A stretch of 64,000 nt of DNA from Neodothiora populina (lineage: Eukaryota), in the NCBI RefSeq assembly GCF_041146345.1, contig NW_027191406.1, positions 868,001 to 932,000 of the forward strand. Reading direction: 5' to 3'. Positions 12,406-25,604 of this stretch are shown in pieces. A program made the translations under genes and the position numbers. Numbering within the stretch: position 1 is the stretch's first letter; the number at the start of each line of letters is the position of its first letter. Below the pieces are notes generated by a model, which had not been told where the DNA came from, ran no database searches, and saw nothing but the letters and a program-made list of their open reading frames with translations.

Positions 12406-15400
12406 ATGGCTGCTAACATTTCGTCAACAACAGGTGAGATCGCAAATCAGAGCGCGCTCACTGCTCTATATCTGCACGAGGAACCACAGCCGTCTCAGGA
12501 CTCAGACACAACCGTTGCGGAGGAGAGTTACAAGGATACCAAAACTCCGCGGTTGAAACGTCTTCCAGCTCTACTAAAGCGTACCTTCTCTTCGAGATCT
12601 GCTAGACAGCGTGTATTCAGCGCACAGTCTACCGCGGTCAGAGAGATTTCCGTTGGCGATTTTACTGCAGTCTCTGCAAAACACGAAGACGCAGCTGAGC
12701 TTCGGCAAGTCGCGAGACAGGAGCCATCCCCAAAGCTTACGCCCCCGTCGTCGCCATGCGTGGATGAGCGCAGTGAATCCGAAACCGCATTGAGTGCCAG
12801 CATCGTCAACCCTAACAGTTCATCGGATCCGAAAGACTGTTCTACGGCACTTCAGTCTCCAAAAAGACCTCGTCTAAGGCACGTGGCGATAAGAATCCCT
12901 AGCTACGCGCACGCTACTTACAGCACTGCAGAATCTCTAGCAGACAGCTCTGTTCACACTCGTACGGCTCACTCACGTCCCAGTGAGGTTACCGCCATGT
13001 CTGTGTCTGCAGCTTCTAGTCGCACAAGCACACTTGATTCGGCGACTTCTGCGCCGTCACCAGCTCAGCTCTATACCAGGAAAGGCTCCAGTGCTCAGAT
13101 CTCTGCATACAGCAGTCAATCTAGCTTAGGCGGCCGTGATGACTATACTTCAGCATCGGAGCAAGAGTCCAACCATGGAGGCCATACCTCGACAATTCAG
13201 CAAGGGCGCTCGTTTGGTGCCTCGTCTGCAGCACCAAGCACGTCTAATCAATCTAATCTTTCCGGCCTTGTGTGCAATGTTCACAGGTCAACGGGTAAAG
13301 AGCCACCGCCGCTCGTAGGTGCCACGACTACAATCTTGGGGGATAAGCTATACGTCTTTGGCGGCCGTAGAGTTTCTCGATCGAGGCCATTCTTGACGTC
13401 TGATCTCTACGAGCTTGACTTGCTTCGCAGACACTGGACTCGCCTCGACGCGAAAGGCGACGTGCCACTTCCGCGCTATTTTCATAGTGTATGTGCTCTT
13501 GGAGACAGGAAGCTCGTGTGCTATGGCGGCATGTCCCCAGAAATGAACATTGGCGAGGGAGGACTCGCTGTTGGTGAGGAGCCTCAGGTCACTGTCATGT
13601 CCGACATACACATTTTCGATGTCCCCACTTGCACCTGGATGGAAGTGTCCTCGGCGACAAAAGCACCCCAAGGTCGTTACGCGCATTGCGCAGCAATCCT
13701 ACCATCTTCTGCGGTTTTCTCGTCTGCCAATGCCCCAGTTTCAGCAATACACCACAATCCTCCTGGAAATGACCCAAACTCAGGATCATTAGGCGTCCAA
13801 ATTGATGGTACTGGTGGTGCGGAGATGATTGTTGTAGGTGGTCAAGACAGCGCCAACCGGTACATTGAACAAATCAGTGTCTTCAATCTACGCAGTTTGA
13901 CATGGACATCCACCACCCCAATGTCTGGTCGTAGTTGCGGCGCATACAGAAGCGTCGTCACTCCCCTGACTACGATGAGTGCCTCGAAGATTGGTGCAGG
14001 ACCCGAAAGACCCGATGAAGAAGACCACGATGATGATGACGATTTGGGAGAGGTCGAACAGGGGGTTTCGGGCGCCCCTATGCTCGTCTACACGAACTAT
14101 AATTTCCTCGACGTCAAGTTGGAATTGCAGGTGCGACTTCCGGACGGCACACTCGTGGACAAGCCTATGCATGGAACAGTCTCGCCCCCAGGTCTCCGCT
14201 TTCCTAGTGGTGGTATCATCGACAACAATTTTGTTGTCGCTGGCACTTTCCTGACTTCATCGAAGCAGGAGTTTTCCTTGTGGTCGCTAGACCTTCGTAC
14301 CCTAATTTGGGCACGTATCGATGCTGGCAGTCCACTTTTCAGCCAAGGCAGCTGGAACAGAGGTGTTCTCTGGAACCGTCGTAACGCTTTCGTCATTCTG
14401 GGCCACCGTAAGCGTAATCTGGTCGATGACTACAACAATCGTCGCCTCAATTTCTCGAACATCTGCATCGTTCAGTTGGAAGCATTCGGTCTTTACGACA
14501 ATCCTCGCAAAATTGCGCCAACTTCGGACTTTGTGTCTGGCAGTGCGCCCTTGGTAAATTCTTTGAGTGTACCCGAAGCAGCAATGGGTGGACGCCAGTT
14601 GAGTATCGAGGCTGAAACGCTCGGAGAATTGTTTCTCTCGTCCCGCGATCTATCAGACATGGACTTCATGGCCATCGATGGCACGTGTATACCAGTCAAC
14701 TCACATCTCATCGCGCGACGCTGGGGCCCTTACTTCAATACTCTGCTACGCGAGGGAGCTTCCATCTCAGACTCAGGTGCTGAAACAGCAACTTTGCGTC
14801 CAGTAACATCTTTGCAGTCAAGGAACTCAAGTATAACCATCACACCCAGTCTTTCGTCTTCGAACGCCACGACATTGACATCTAACACAAACACCTCCAC
14901 AGAACCAGCTGATACACGAGCTGTACCGCCAAACACCAGACCAAGAACCCTGTATCTTCCTCACTCGGTTCCCACCATATATGCACTATTACATTACCTC
15001 TATACCTCCGCGGTTCCAGCGCCTCCCTCACCTCTAGCGACTCCATTGATCCTCTGCTCACTACTCCAAATCACGAGACCCTACAGAATCGATGGCATGC
15101 ACGAAGCAGTCGTCGAACGCCTCCACGAGATTATGGATGGCAGAAACGCAGCAGCTATATTCAACGCAGCAGCAATGGGAGCTGGAGGAGGAGGCGACGT
15201 CCATTTCGCCTCAACCACTCCAAGTGTAGGAGCCACTGCTTTCCATCCGACGCGCTCTGTCAGTCTCATCAGCGGTATGGAAGGCTTCAGCCTCGGCGGC
15301 AACGGCAGCAACGGAGGCGATGGCGGCAGCTCTGGAGCAGGAGGCGGCAAAGGCGCAGCTCTGCGCATCGACACCGACGTCGCGAACGGCAACAACGGCC

Positions 15401-15924
15401 GCAAGGGCAGCGTCGCAAGCCACAGAGTCCCCGCCACAACCATTGCGTCCACAGCCGCCGAAGCCGCAGCGGCAGCATCAGCAGCTAAAATGGCAGCGAG
15501 CAACAGCGGTCACGAAACAGACGACGACGACGACATGTCTGTGCCCAACTCCGCATCCACCACTCACAGCATGGCATCCTCGCAAGTCGATCTCCGGGAG
15601 CTGACGCCAGGAAACACACCCGTGACGTCCGCAGGTGGTGGTGCGGGCGGCATTGGAGGCAGCAGAAGCAGAAGCGGCACTCGACGCGAAGACCGCGAGA
15701 TCTGGACCGGGGAATGGAGCTCCGTCATCGGACTCCAGAAGCGAGGACTCAGGGGTTTGATGGAGAGCAGAGCAAGAGCCAGAGAGCATGGCGGTGGCCG
15801 CGTGGGTGGTGGCGGCACTCCCAGACTCGGAGGAGACGATACTCCTCCTGTTGGTGGAGGTGGTGGCGGCAGTGGCATGGGGCCTGGATCAGGCGAGACG
15901 AGAATCGGATTGGGCATCGCCTAG
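12406..15924 (+). CDS. ral2: Kelch-repeat + BTB-like protein of the Ral2/Mds3 family; intronless
   Basis: Kelch motifs LVGATTTILGDKLYVFGG, PRYFHS, GRYAH and VVGGQD; BTB-like segment IARRWGPYF...LYLPH...ALLHYLYT; C-terminus SVIGLQKRGLRGLME. The start is uncertain (first ATG 12406, alternative 12997). Confidence 0.85.
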   Translation: MAANISSTTGEIANQSALTALYLHEEPQPSQDSDTTVAEESYKDTKTPRLKRLPALLKRTFSSRSARQRVFSAQSTAVREISVGDFTAVSAKHEDAAELRQVARQEPSPKLTPPSSPCVDERSESETALSASIVNPNSSSDPKDCSTALQSPKRPRLRHVAIRIPSYAHATYSTAESLADSSVHTRTAHSRPSEVTAMSVSAASSRTSTLDSATSAPSPAQLYTRKGSSAQISAYSSQSSLGGRDDYTSASEQESNHGGHTSTIQQGRSFGASSAAPSTSNQSNLSGLVCNVHRSTGKEPPPLVGATTTILGDKLYVFGGRRVSRSRPFLTSDLYELDLLRRHWTRLDAKGDVPLPRYFHSVCALGDRKLVCYGGMSPEMNIGEGGLAVGEEPQVTVMSDIHIFDVPTCTWMEVSSATKAPQGRYAHCAAILPSSAVFSSANAPVSAIHHNPPGNDPNSGSLGVQIDGTGGAEMIVVGGQDSANRYIEQISVFNLRSLTWTSTTPMSGRSCGAYRSVVTPLTTMSASKIGAGPERPDEEDHDDDDDLGEVEQGVSGAPMLVYTNYNFLDVKLELQVRLPDGTLVDKPMHGTVSPPGLRFPSGGIIDNNFVVAGTFLTSSKQEFSLWSLDLRTLIWARIDAGSPLFSQGSWNRGVLWNRRNAFVILGHRKRNLVDDYNNRRLNFSNICIVQLEAFGLYDNPRKIAPTSDFVSGSAPLVNSLSVPEAAMGGRQLSIEAETLGELFLSSRDLSDMDFMAIDGTCIPVNSHLIARRWGPYFNTLLREGASISDSGAETATLRPVTSLQSRNSSITITPSLSSSNATTLTSNTNTSTEPADTRAVPPNTRPRTLYLPHSVPTIYALLHYLYTSAVPAPPSPLATPLILCSLLQITRPYRIDGMHEAVVERLHEIMDGRNAAAIFNAAAMGAGGGGDVHFASTTPSVGATAFHPTRSVSLISGMEGFSLGGNGSNGGDGGSSGAGGGKGAALRIDTDVANGNNGRKGSVASHRVPATTIASTAAEAAAAASAAKMAASNSGHETDDDDDMSVPNSASTTHSMASSQVDLRELTPGNTPVTSAGGGAGGIGGSRSRSGTRREDREIWTGEWSSVIGLQKRGLRGLMESRARAREHGGGRVGGGGTPRLGGDDTPPVGGGGGGSGMGPGSGETRIGLGIA

Positions 15925-16737
15925 GTGAACTGTTTTCTCTCGGTTTTAATCGCCTCGATGCAGTAGCGTCAGTCAGGTGTAGATCTGCAAGTCTGTAGTG
16001 CCGCAAGATCCTATCGCCAAGGGCCAGCATAGGAGAGAGAGACAGGAGAATCCCAACGCGACCAAAAGACAAAAAATAGAGACACATCAATAACCAAAAG
16101 CCAGGAAGAAGAGAATATGGTAGCATGTAGCACGAGTCATCAGCAACAAGCACCGATGCTTCTGCAATACGGGAGAAGGTCAAAGAAAAAACAGTAGAGC
16201 AGGGAAGGAGATCAAAATCATCATCATTCCCTTTATAGCGCCCTTCTACCAAGTAGACAGGAAAGAAAAGTTATCTTCAGATCCATTGCTTGCTTTCTCT
16301 TCTCGTATAGATGTTTCCTATAGAGACATGGATATCACAGTCTGTTCGAATATCAACCAAGGCATTCGAAGGGGCGGAGTCTTGGTAATGAATCTGTGGT
16401 TTTTGATTGTATTGCATGTAGCTATACGCTTCACTTGACTAGGCCGTCCTCTGGCCCCTCTTTTTAGGTCATGATTGACCAGCCCATCTCTCCTCCTCTC
16501 GCCGAATGGTCGCTTCTCTGCAGCAGCATGGCATCCACCATTCATGATGAGTGCGAAAGAAGAGGAGAAATAACGAATACGAGAAAAACGCCGGTGTAAC
16601 CTTGCCCATCGTCGCCATGATATCTCGGAGGACGTGAATATAAAACAAAGCAGAAAACAGAAAGTAAAGGGACTCGGGGAAAATAATTCGACGCAATCAT
16701 TCGTGCGTGCGTGCATGCATGCGTGACTCTCAAAACA

Positions 16738-19700
16738 TCAACCTCCGCCCTGAGCGATAAGTCGCAACACAATGCCCACGTAGTCCTTGAGGACGATATT
16801 GTGAGCCATGGCATGGAACAAGCGGTCCTTGCAGACCGGAGCGAAGACTTTACGCATCAGCGATCTCGGGCCGGTCTCTTCTCTTTCTGTTTCTGCCTCG
16901 TATGCTTCGTAGGCTGCTGCTTCTGCCTTGGCTTGTCGTCTGCGCTCGCGCTCGTCCTCGGATAAGTCTGCGTCGTCTTCGTCGTCTTCGTCGTTGTCGT
17001 CTTGGCGGGTTCCCAGGTGGAGGTGACCGTTCGTTGCGGCGGAGGAAGAGGTTGCGCCGCCTGTGGACTTTGTTGACGTAGATGCTGCTGCAGGGGCGAT
17101 CTTGGGGATTGCGCGGGCGATGTTCCGTAGGACGAGGGCGCAGCCTAGAGGCACACCTGCTGCGTCGTTGCGCTCATCCATGAGGGTGCGTTGCCAAACA
17201 TGCGAGGCTGAAGGCACCAGGGGCTTGGGAGCGACTCCGTCCGCAAGGGAAGTGTTATGGCGCTTTTTCCAGGCTGCGGAATCTGGAAGATGAGTCTCGA
17301 CGTGGCGGGCTAGTAGGGCAAGACCCAACGCGGCTGACGAGGATGAGGAAAAAGCCTGTTGCGCGGGGATGACATGAGTGCATGTGGCCCATTCGCATTG
17401 ACTCGTCAAAGTTGCACTTTGGGTAGCCGCTGCGGCGGCGCGTGCAAAGTCGAAGCCAGATGTCAGACCAGGCGTGCCTGAGGATGATGGTCGGGACAGA
17501 CTGGGGTCTGCCTGATCCATCGGAGATATGCTCTTTCTTGGGACGTTGAGATGGGTGGAAATGATGTGAGCGAGAACGGCGGCACTATTGCCGAACCAGC
17601 CACCGCATCCTTTGCCATCAGAGTAAGAAAAGATGGCACCGTAGTCGCGAACAATGTCGCTATTGTGCGAGCGCCACTGACAGCGCACGAGCTCTCTGCC
17701 TTTGTAGTCGACTGGAATCGCTCGGGGCTTGATGCCGCGAATGACATATTTGTTAGATCCTGCCACCTGAGCAGATGCGCCGCTGAACGTGTTAGAGACG
17801 TTCTTGATAAAATCGCCGGCGATCAGGTGCGGATGCGTTTGAGCATAAGGCAGGAAGGTTCCTTGGTATGACTGCCACAGATGGATCTGCGTCATTTCCG
17901 AATTTGGGTCATCTTGGAAGCACATGCGGAGCCTGTGAATCATGTCAGCGATACACCTCTGTCAGATGGCGCACAGGAAGGGCACGACTTACCAATGCGA
18001 GCTACGTTCAGGTTCCGAGAAACGCAGCAGTTGTTGGACGAGTTCAGGGGCCAATCGTGGCACTTGAGTGGGCGGCTCTTCTTTTTCTTGAGGCAGTTGC
18101 GGCTGGGGTCTTGGCGGGTCCGTTTTAGCTTGGAAGAATAACAGGGATGAAAGTTGACGGACGAGGCCCTCAACATCGGTATCGAGAACTAAAGTCTCGA
18201 CGTTGTCGGCGATGCTCGTGTATTGAAAGAGGAAGTCAAGGCAAGCAGTCCTCAGTTCCTCGTCTTCTACCATCATCCACCCGAAGAGACGCTCCAGCAC
18301 GGAGAGAGGAACTTGCTCGAGCCGCTTGTTGGTGGGGAAAAGCATTCCGATACGTGCGATAGCCTTGAGCGACGTGACAATCTTGCCACGGTCGCTGGTT
18401 TCCAGTTGCGACAGTAATGATCGATACAGCACGTCTTTCGAGTCGAGATCGAAATATTTGGTGAGTTGTTCGGCAGTGTCGAGAGCGTAGTTCTGCAGCT
18501 CGACAACGGCAGGGTGTGGTCTGAGGTTTAGCACGATGCAGACGTAGTCGCGGATCAGGGGTAGTCTCGACAAGTATTGCGCGTTCTCCTCAAGCATGAC
18601 CATGTTGCGGATGACCAGGGCTGCTTCGGCGATACGGCCAAGCTCCAGCGAGAATTGCGCGGTGTGGACGTGGTCGTCTGTGTCGAGAGGGACGCGCGAC
18701 TTTAGTTTCTTGAGAACGTCGGCAGTGCCGTGCACTCCATCAAGGTAAGTGGATTGACCGGGAATCGCATCGTCGTCTTCGTAGGAAATAGACCAGTCGA
18801 CATCATAGAAAAGAGAGCTGATCTGAAGGACTTTTGCGACAAGTGCTTCTGCCAAACCTGCAAATTGATCGAAGCGGTATTTGTCGCCTCGTTCGTGGGA
18901 GATTTTGACGAGATGATGCAGGGCATATTGCTCTTCTTCGGGGATGCCTGATTGCAGGGCGAGCTGAGCGCGAACATAGATGTTCGGGCCGATGAAACCC
19001 GTACCTGGCAGCATCAGGCCCTTGTACTTTTTGGCGACCTTGCTGGCAGCAGCGTCTTGTTGTTGCTTGCGCTTTAGTCTGTAGTGCTCTGGGTTATTGG
19101 CCGGTGTGGTGACTGGTTTCAGAGAAAGAGGGTACTGTTGGCGTGGCTCGTAGTTTGCAAGGGTGGTCGAAGGGTTGTGCGGGGGGTACGAGGCATGGTT
19201 CAGGCCGTTCGCCATCGCCGTGGCAGGACTCGGCGAGGGGACGTGGTTGTGATTCGAGTTGGAATTGTTGCGCGCTTGACGTGCGGGCTGCGTGTCTGGA
19301 TTGAACAGCACACGCTGTGGCGGGGCTTGACGGAGGCCTCTGGACGAGCGACCAGTCGCGCTGCCTGGTAAGTCGTCGACTTCCACCTTCTCCTGCTTTG
19401 GCGTTCCTTCCCCGTTCTCGTCGTCGCTCGAGTCGCCGTTGGCCAGGTTCTCCTCTTCACGCGTGTGAGGGCGCTGGTAACTCTCCAGGGTGCGGCCCAT
19501 GACATTTCCGCCCTTTGCTGTGACTTCCTCCAGGATCTCCTTTGGCGGCGGCTCCTTCTTCCAATGCGTCGAAATCTCATATGCCACGAGGTTCTTGTAA
19601 TATGCGCTCTTGACCATGAACGCTTGCGCTGCCAGATGAGGACTCTTGCCCAGGAATTCTTCGGCCACCTTCCTCCACATCAATGGCTTCGCTTTCGTAT

Positions 19701-19983
19701 CCGACACGAGATCATATCCTCCCTCTGCGACAACGCGTTCATACAGTTTGTGAAGATCCAGATGGCGCAGGCCGACTTTTGGCGTCGCTTCGAACATCGT
19801 CCTGTTCTATCTGTTACTTATTTTCCTTCGCAACTTTCGTTGGTTCTGCATCATTCATTCTACGCACCCTCGCTTCTCATGGTATTTTGCTAATTCCTCA
19901 ATGAATGCATCGTACTCAGGAGTGTGTTCGACCGAAGGCTCGCGCTTGAAAGGCTGGTTGATCTTACTCCCCTTGGGCGGCAT
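16738..19983 (-). CDS. RSC9: RSC chromatin-remodelling subunit Rsc9 (ARID + ARM-like + RFX-like); 3 exons (19983-19868, 19801-17993, 17932-16738)
   Basis: ARID domain LDLHKLYERVVAEGGYDLVS...KSAYYKNL; GPNIYVRAQLALQSG; QIHLWQSYQ...FIKNVSNTF. Introns 19867-19802 and 17992-17933 keep the frame. Confidence 0.92.
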
Positions 19984-20354
19984 CTTCGGCCTCACGCGAC
20001 TCTGACTATAACGGTGTGAAGGGTAGATATGCGCGTGTGAGAGGCATCAGATAATAAATGTCATGTGCTTGGGATTGGTCGCATTAAAGCTCGAGTGAAG
20101 TCCTGCAGACAGACACAGACACAGACGCGTCTCTAGTTCAAGCCTTTGGCTGTCGACCCTGGCCGTCTTGCCGGCGTTCTCCCAGCCCTGGGGAGGGCCT
20201 TCCGTCCCGACGCTAAACTCTATCGTGTCTCGCTTGCCGTACCTTACCTTGTTGGATACTGCGACTTCCTCCTTCTACAGTAAAGTAAGGTGCAATAGGC
20301 ATTACAGGATCAGTCTGTCTCCATTCTCTTGATTGCAATATCACAAAATTCGCA

Positions 20355-22086
20355 ATGTCGATCCGACAACCTTCTGCACCATATGGCCGCACTGTCATGT
20401 GTCTTCCTTTGGTCAAGTATTCCTTTGCAACAGTCACTCCAAACATGACATCCGTACCGTGGTCTCACAAGCAAGCTGTTGACCTGGATGTTCTGGTTGA
20501 ACATGTTGGTATTGCAACCGACACAAGCTTACAACTTCGGGTCGTTCAAGCCTCAGAAACATTGGTTCGTCTTCAACAGACGATCCTCGCTGTCCTTGTT
20601 GGTTCTTACACACGGCTCTCCGATTGACTATAGTCTAGGAATGCATACCTCTTACCAGACTTGTCAGTGCTGCGTCGAGCATACAGAAAGCTCTCGAAGC
20701 AACTTCTGGCCCTTTCGCAAAAATCGAAAACCTCCCAATCTTTGCCATGTTCAAGGACAAGGCTCTGGCCATCAGGTACAACAAGCCTACGGGCGAGGTA
20801 AGTGTTCAGAGATCACACCTTGCTGCCTCATGCCCTGATCTTATCATCTGCACGCAGTCCCGACGGACCCAGATGAACTTTGGTGAGAATGGCCATCTCA
20901 GGCAGCTTCTTAGTATGCTTCAGGGTATGGGCATGGCCACTACCGAAATCAAACCTAAAGGATTGTCTCGGCTATCGAACATTTCTCCTGCTCTTACCCC
21001 TGTTCCTGTAGCACAGGCGGCTCAGGACCAGCCTCGTGGTAGGTCCTCTGATGATACTCCGTGACTTGTAAACTTATTGGCTTCGAAGACCAGACGCCAA
21101 CCGTGACCTATTCCTCCTCGCCTGAGAGATCCAGCACTCCTACTGAGTCACCATGTCCCACTTCTTCCACCTTCTCGGCTAGTCGTTCGCAAAGCGAACC
21201 ACAGCGTCAACCCCATGACTTCCAAACAGACCGGGTCTACTTCGAAGGACAACGACCTACCCAGGTTCCAGTCCACCGAGTTGACCATGCAACCGAGGCC
21301 ACTCGCTATAGGAACGCAGCCTCCTCTGAACACCACGAGACTGATTGTCGATCTGGACAACCACACGGGGAGTATGTGTCGATAGATATGCCCATGATAT
21401 TCACATCTCAGCATGACACTCCACATCATGATCACACCAGAACCTCAGTGTCTGAACCCCCACTTACGCTTCAAGATGTGCTACCACCGCGTCGCATACT
21501 GCCTTTCGCGAAGTCGGCCTCAAAGTCGCCCGCGTGTTCTGGTGATCTAGCTCCCCTGCCAAAGCCGAGATTCATTGAGGATCAAAATAACCCGGAAGTG
21601 TACGGGGCCAATCGTCCTCGATCAAGCGCCGTAGTAGGAGGATATGAAGATACATATGTTCTATCTTCACGCTCATCACACACACCCACTCTCTCGACAT
21701 CCAACGATATTCCAGCGGCGTTACCTACTCATAGTGAGCCCCGCCAGTCATCCATAGACCGCAGCCAGCATTCCAGGTTCGATGAATCGATGTCCTATGG
21801 TAAAAAATCGGCTGCACCGTCGCGTCACTACAATTCAGACTCGGTGCAGACAGCCAACAGCAACGAAGTTGACCGCATCTTCGCAAACCCTAGCCTTGTC
21901 AGTGACCTTGACGGAGCGAGGCCGCGTCAACAAGCAGCCGGTTACGCAGCACAGTCGTATGAAGAGAAGATGAAGGTGCTGAACATGATGATATGTGAAA
22001 GTCTCGAAGATGAGAACTTTCGTGCTCTCTGCTCGGATCTTGACCACATATGGAGATGGAGGGTCATCGGTGAAAAGGAAAGATAG
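20355..22086 (+). CDS. REC114: Rec114-like meiotic double-strand-break accessory protein; 4 exons (20355-20564, 20639-20797, 20858-21038, 21089-22086)
   Basis: PH-like N-terminus (LPLVKYS...W.H...LRVVQ...LAIRY...RRTQMNF), disordered Ser/Pro-rich middle, and C-terminal helix YAAQSYEEKMKVLNMMICESLEDENFRALCSDLDHIW. This matches the recalled Rec114 layout. Three GT-AG introns keep the frame. Confidence 0.7.
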
Positions 22087-22954
22087 TGTTTCGTTCTTGA
22101 GGACAGATGCATCAGGGTATGTAGAAAGACGATAACACGTGATCACGGTGGTCGATGGAGGACTGTCTCTGAAAACCGCTTAGAGCATAGAGATGCTAGC
22201 AAGCAGTAACAATCTCTAGTGGCAACTAAAAGCTCTATATTCTGAGCCCGCTCTAAAAAATTGACTGCAATGACAGTGAAATGAGCTTGCTTGTATGGTC
22301 CACCGACGGGTGAACCCACATGGCTAAATGATCTTGTTACTACAAAACATGAAGCAGTGACCTTTTCGGTCACATATCGAAGACCTCAAACTAGACAACA
22401 GAACAAGGGAACGTGATACAGATCCATCGGAGAACACTTTCGCACATGCGATGTCTACCCCATTGGATGGGACAGGGTCGCTCTCAGAACGAGGATCCCA
22501 CTCGCGCCAGGCGAAACAGTAGAACAACAGAGTGAAACTTCACCAAGCATACATGAGTGACCAGAAGTGAGGGAAGTAGAAAGTTGAGAGTAAATTTTTG
22601 GAGATGGAGTGAAACCTACATACACACATGGACGCGGATATATATGTGGATGAAATTAGTCTACATGTAGATATAGGCGGGTTTTGCGCGCCTCGCGGGC
22701 ATACAATACATTTTCTTTTTCTGTTTTGTTCCTTCCCATCTACTCCCGTTCGTGAGCACTCGCACGCGGTCTGGTCTGATGAAGGGTTTACGAGCGTGTG
22801 TCATGCACACGACGTCCTTCTCAGCCCTTGCCTTGCCATTTCGTCGTCGTAATCGTCTTTCGTCTTTCGTCTTTTTCACTTTTTTTTTTATGTCTCGTTC
22901 CTCTACATTGCTTGCCGAAGCGAGCAGGGCGCACCGATATAGCAAGAAGAAAAC

Positions 22955-25604
22955 TCAGTCCACGTTAAACATACCCTGCCCCAGCGCAGTGAGGTATCCG
23001 TATCGCGTGAGCATAGTAGGATCAAACCCGCTGCCCGATTTCGTCAACCTCGCCTCGCCCGTGGCGCTCACATTGCCACCTGCACTGCTTTCGCCTGCGG
23101 GCGGCGCGGGTGTCGCTCTGGCGCCTCGACTGTTGTCTTCGTTCTCGGCCAGTCTGGCTTTCTTCTTGAGCACGAGCTCCCTGATCGCAGAGTCCCAACC
23201 TGTACTGTGTTCGTGGCCGGCGAAACCCCGTCCCAGACCCAAGGCTTCGGCGATTTGTTCGATGCCCTTGATGGCTTCTTGTCTGGTGCGAGGCACGTCG
23301 GCGAGCTCACACAGCGTCATGGCGGAGAGGGCGGCGAAATGGTGGTTCAGCGGGGTGATGGGCGTCTGGCGCTGGTTCAGGACATGGGCGACTTTTGACG
23401 CGTGGCCGATGAGCTCGGTCGGTTCCGTCGTGGGGTTGAGGCGTTTGATGAGCAGGTGACAGTGATGATAGCATAGATGCACGAGATTCAGGCTGCCCCA
23501 GACACTCTCGACGCTTTCACGGAAGCGGTCGATCTCGCCGGCGAGAGTCAGACCCAACAGAGCAGAGGCGGGGTTCGAGGGCGCCATGACGTTTGTTTCG
23601 GGGGTTTTGGTCGTGGTCAGGATGGCGGCCAGGTGGCCAATGATAAAAGACAAACGCGCGAGGTGGTAGGTCGACTCGCCCAGGAGGATCTGGTCTTCGG
23701 GAAGCAGCACGACGCTGTTCTCCGGAAGTTTGAGCAGATCGGCGGTGGAAGAGGCGTGCCACCTGTCCAGAATAAACAAAACCCACCATACGCGACGAGA
23801 CAGACGTTCTTCGCTGTCGGGATCGCCCTCGGTGGCGAAGCGTTCGCGCGGTCGGACGAGATTGATTTCGAGCTGACCTGCGACCCCCGCTGCCCTGCCT
23901 AGCCATTCCGAGCGCGAAGGTCCTGCTTGGCCTCGGATCGTGGCGGGGCCGTGGTTGTCACTCTCGAGCGCCATCAACAGCAGGGTCTGGAGGTAGAGGA
24001 GATTGGTGGCATTTGTGTGAGTAGATGGGTTGTCAAAGGGGTAGCCTGCCAGCAACTCTGCAGCGCGCTTCATCATCGGCGCGTAAGAACTGTTGGCGCG
24101 TAGCGTCGAGGTTGGAGAAGGAAAAGTACGCATTGTGCATTCCAAGGCGATCAGGAAAGCTTCACGCAGGCTGACCGAGCAGTCTGCCAGTCGTCGTCGG
24201 AGGTTGTTCTTCGAGTGGGGCAGCAACGGAAAGGTCTGATGAATGATGCGATAGTATTCGTCAATGACTTCTTCGTTCCAGTCAATGAGATTGTTGGCGC
24301 CCGAGCTGGGCTCGTTGGTGTCATAAGGCGTGCTGACGCTCTCTCTGCGGCCCGTGTCGCCGCCGTACTTGAAGAATGGCTGTAGACCCCCAGTGGGCGG
24401 GTTGTATTGTCTCTGGTCTGGCGGCGGTTGCATGGAAGCGGTGGGTGCCAAGGCTGCCTGCGGAGCCGGCGGAGCTTGAGGCGGAGGCAATGTAGCCATG
24501 CTCGGGTATGGACTATGGCGCAGATTGTCCGCATACGTGTTGCCATAGGGCGGAGGTCTGGCAGACTGAGAAGGTGTAGTGTCTAGGAATCCCTCGGACT
24601 GAGAGTGAGTGCGCTTCCGACCGCGTTGATCGGGCGAGTCCAGTTCGAGCTCTCGACGCGGCGCGCCAGCGGCAGCCTCGGCGAGCGACTGCTGCAGATA
24701 GTGCAATTCAGCAGTGGTTTGTGATCCATGGTGTGGGTGGATCTGTCCCTCGAGCGCGTTCAGACGTTCAGCCAGTTCCTTGATGTATCCTTTGCTCGGA
24801 CCGCGCTTCATCGGCTGTCGACTGAACGCGCACGGCGCCCCGGTCCTTCTGCAACTCGAGCAGGGTGTTGCTCCTGACTCGTCTGGCGCGTCGCATCGAA
24901 TCTGCAGATCGATTAGTATCCAACTGAGTCTTCGGACAAGCACGTGGGCCGCGCACCTTCTTCCTTCTACACTCATCACACGCCCTCGACACCTTCGATC
25001 GCCTGTCCTTTTGTCCAGGGGTCTCGGGTCCGGTCTGCATCATCTGCCCGGCCTGAGCATCTTGTCCTCTCATGAGAGACTGCGCGGCAAGCACCTCATT
25101 GGAGGGCGTCATCATCTGGCCATTATAGCTATGCTGTTGCTGTGGATGATGATGTTGTTGTTGTTGTTGTTGTTGTTGATGTAGCTGCTGCTGCTGCTGC
25201 TGCTGTTGCGCGCGTAAGCCGTCGCCGTTTCGCGCGTCTGCCTCGTGATCGCGAGGGATGGGCGATGACTGGGTGAGCATTGGAGCCATCTGGCGGGTCA
25301 ATTCGTCTCTGAGACGCGCATCGGCTGCCAGATCCTGGCCCGAAGCTGTCGTACTAATCGGCGCATCTTCTTGATCTTGCGGTCCTTGCTGTGACGACAA
25401 CGGCGGCGGCAGCTGGTGCTGTTGTTGTTGTTGTTGTTGTTGTTGCTGCTGCTGCGGTCGTGATGATTGCGACGGGGGCTGCTCCGGTTGCAATGGCTGC
25501 TGCTGTGGTTGCTGTTGTTGCTGTGACGCGCCGTAGAAGGGACCGTAGGCTGGCGACGCGTGCTGCTGTGTTGGCGAAGGGTAATTCACCGGTGCAGACG
25601 CCAT
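22955..25604 (-). CDS. Zn(II)2Cys6 transcription factor, Rgt1/Eds1-like; 2 exons (25604-24957, 24901-22955)
   Basis: RSKVSRACDECRRKK/IRCDAPDESGATPCSSCRRTGAPCAFSRQPMKRGPSKGYIKEL resembles the yeast Rgt1 DNA-binding domain. Middle-homology region YYRIIHQTFPLLP and RRVWWVLFILDRWH. Intron 24956-24902. Poly-Q N-terminus. Confidence 0.9.
25147..25208. repeat. Coding CAA/CAG microsatellite (poly-Gln) in the Rgt1-like gene; a second tract lies at about 25415-25455
   Basis: (TTG)n and (CTG)n runs on the + strand. Confidence 0.85.
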
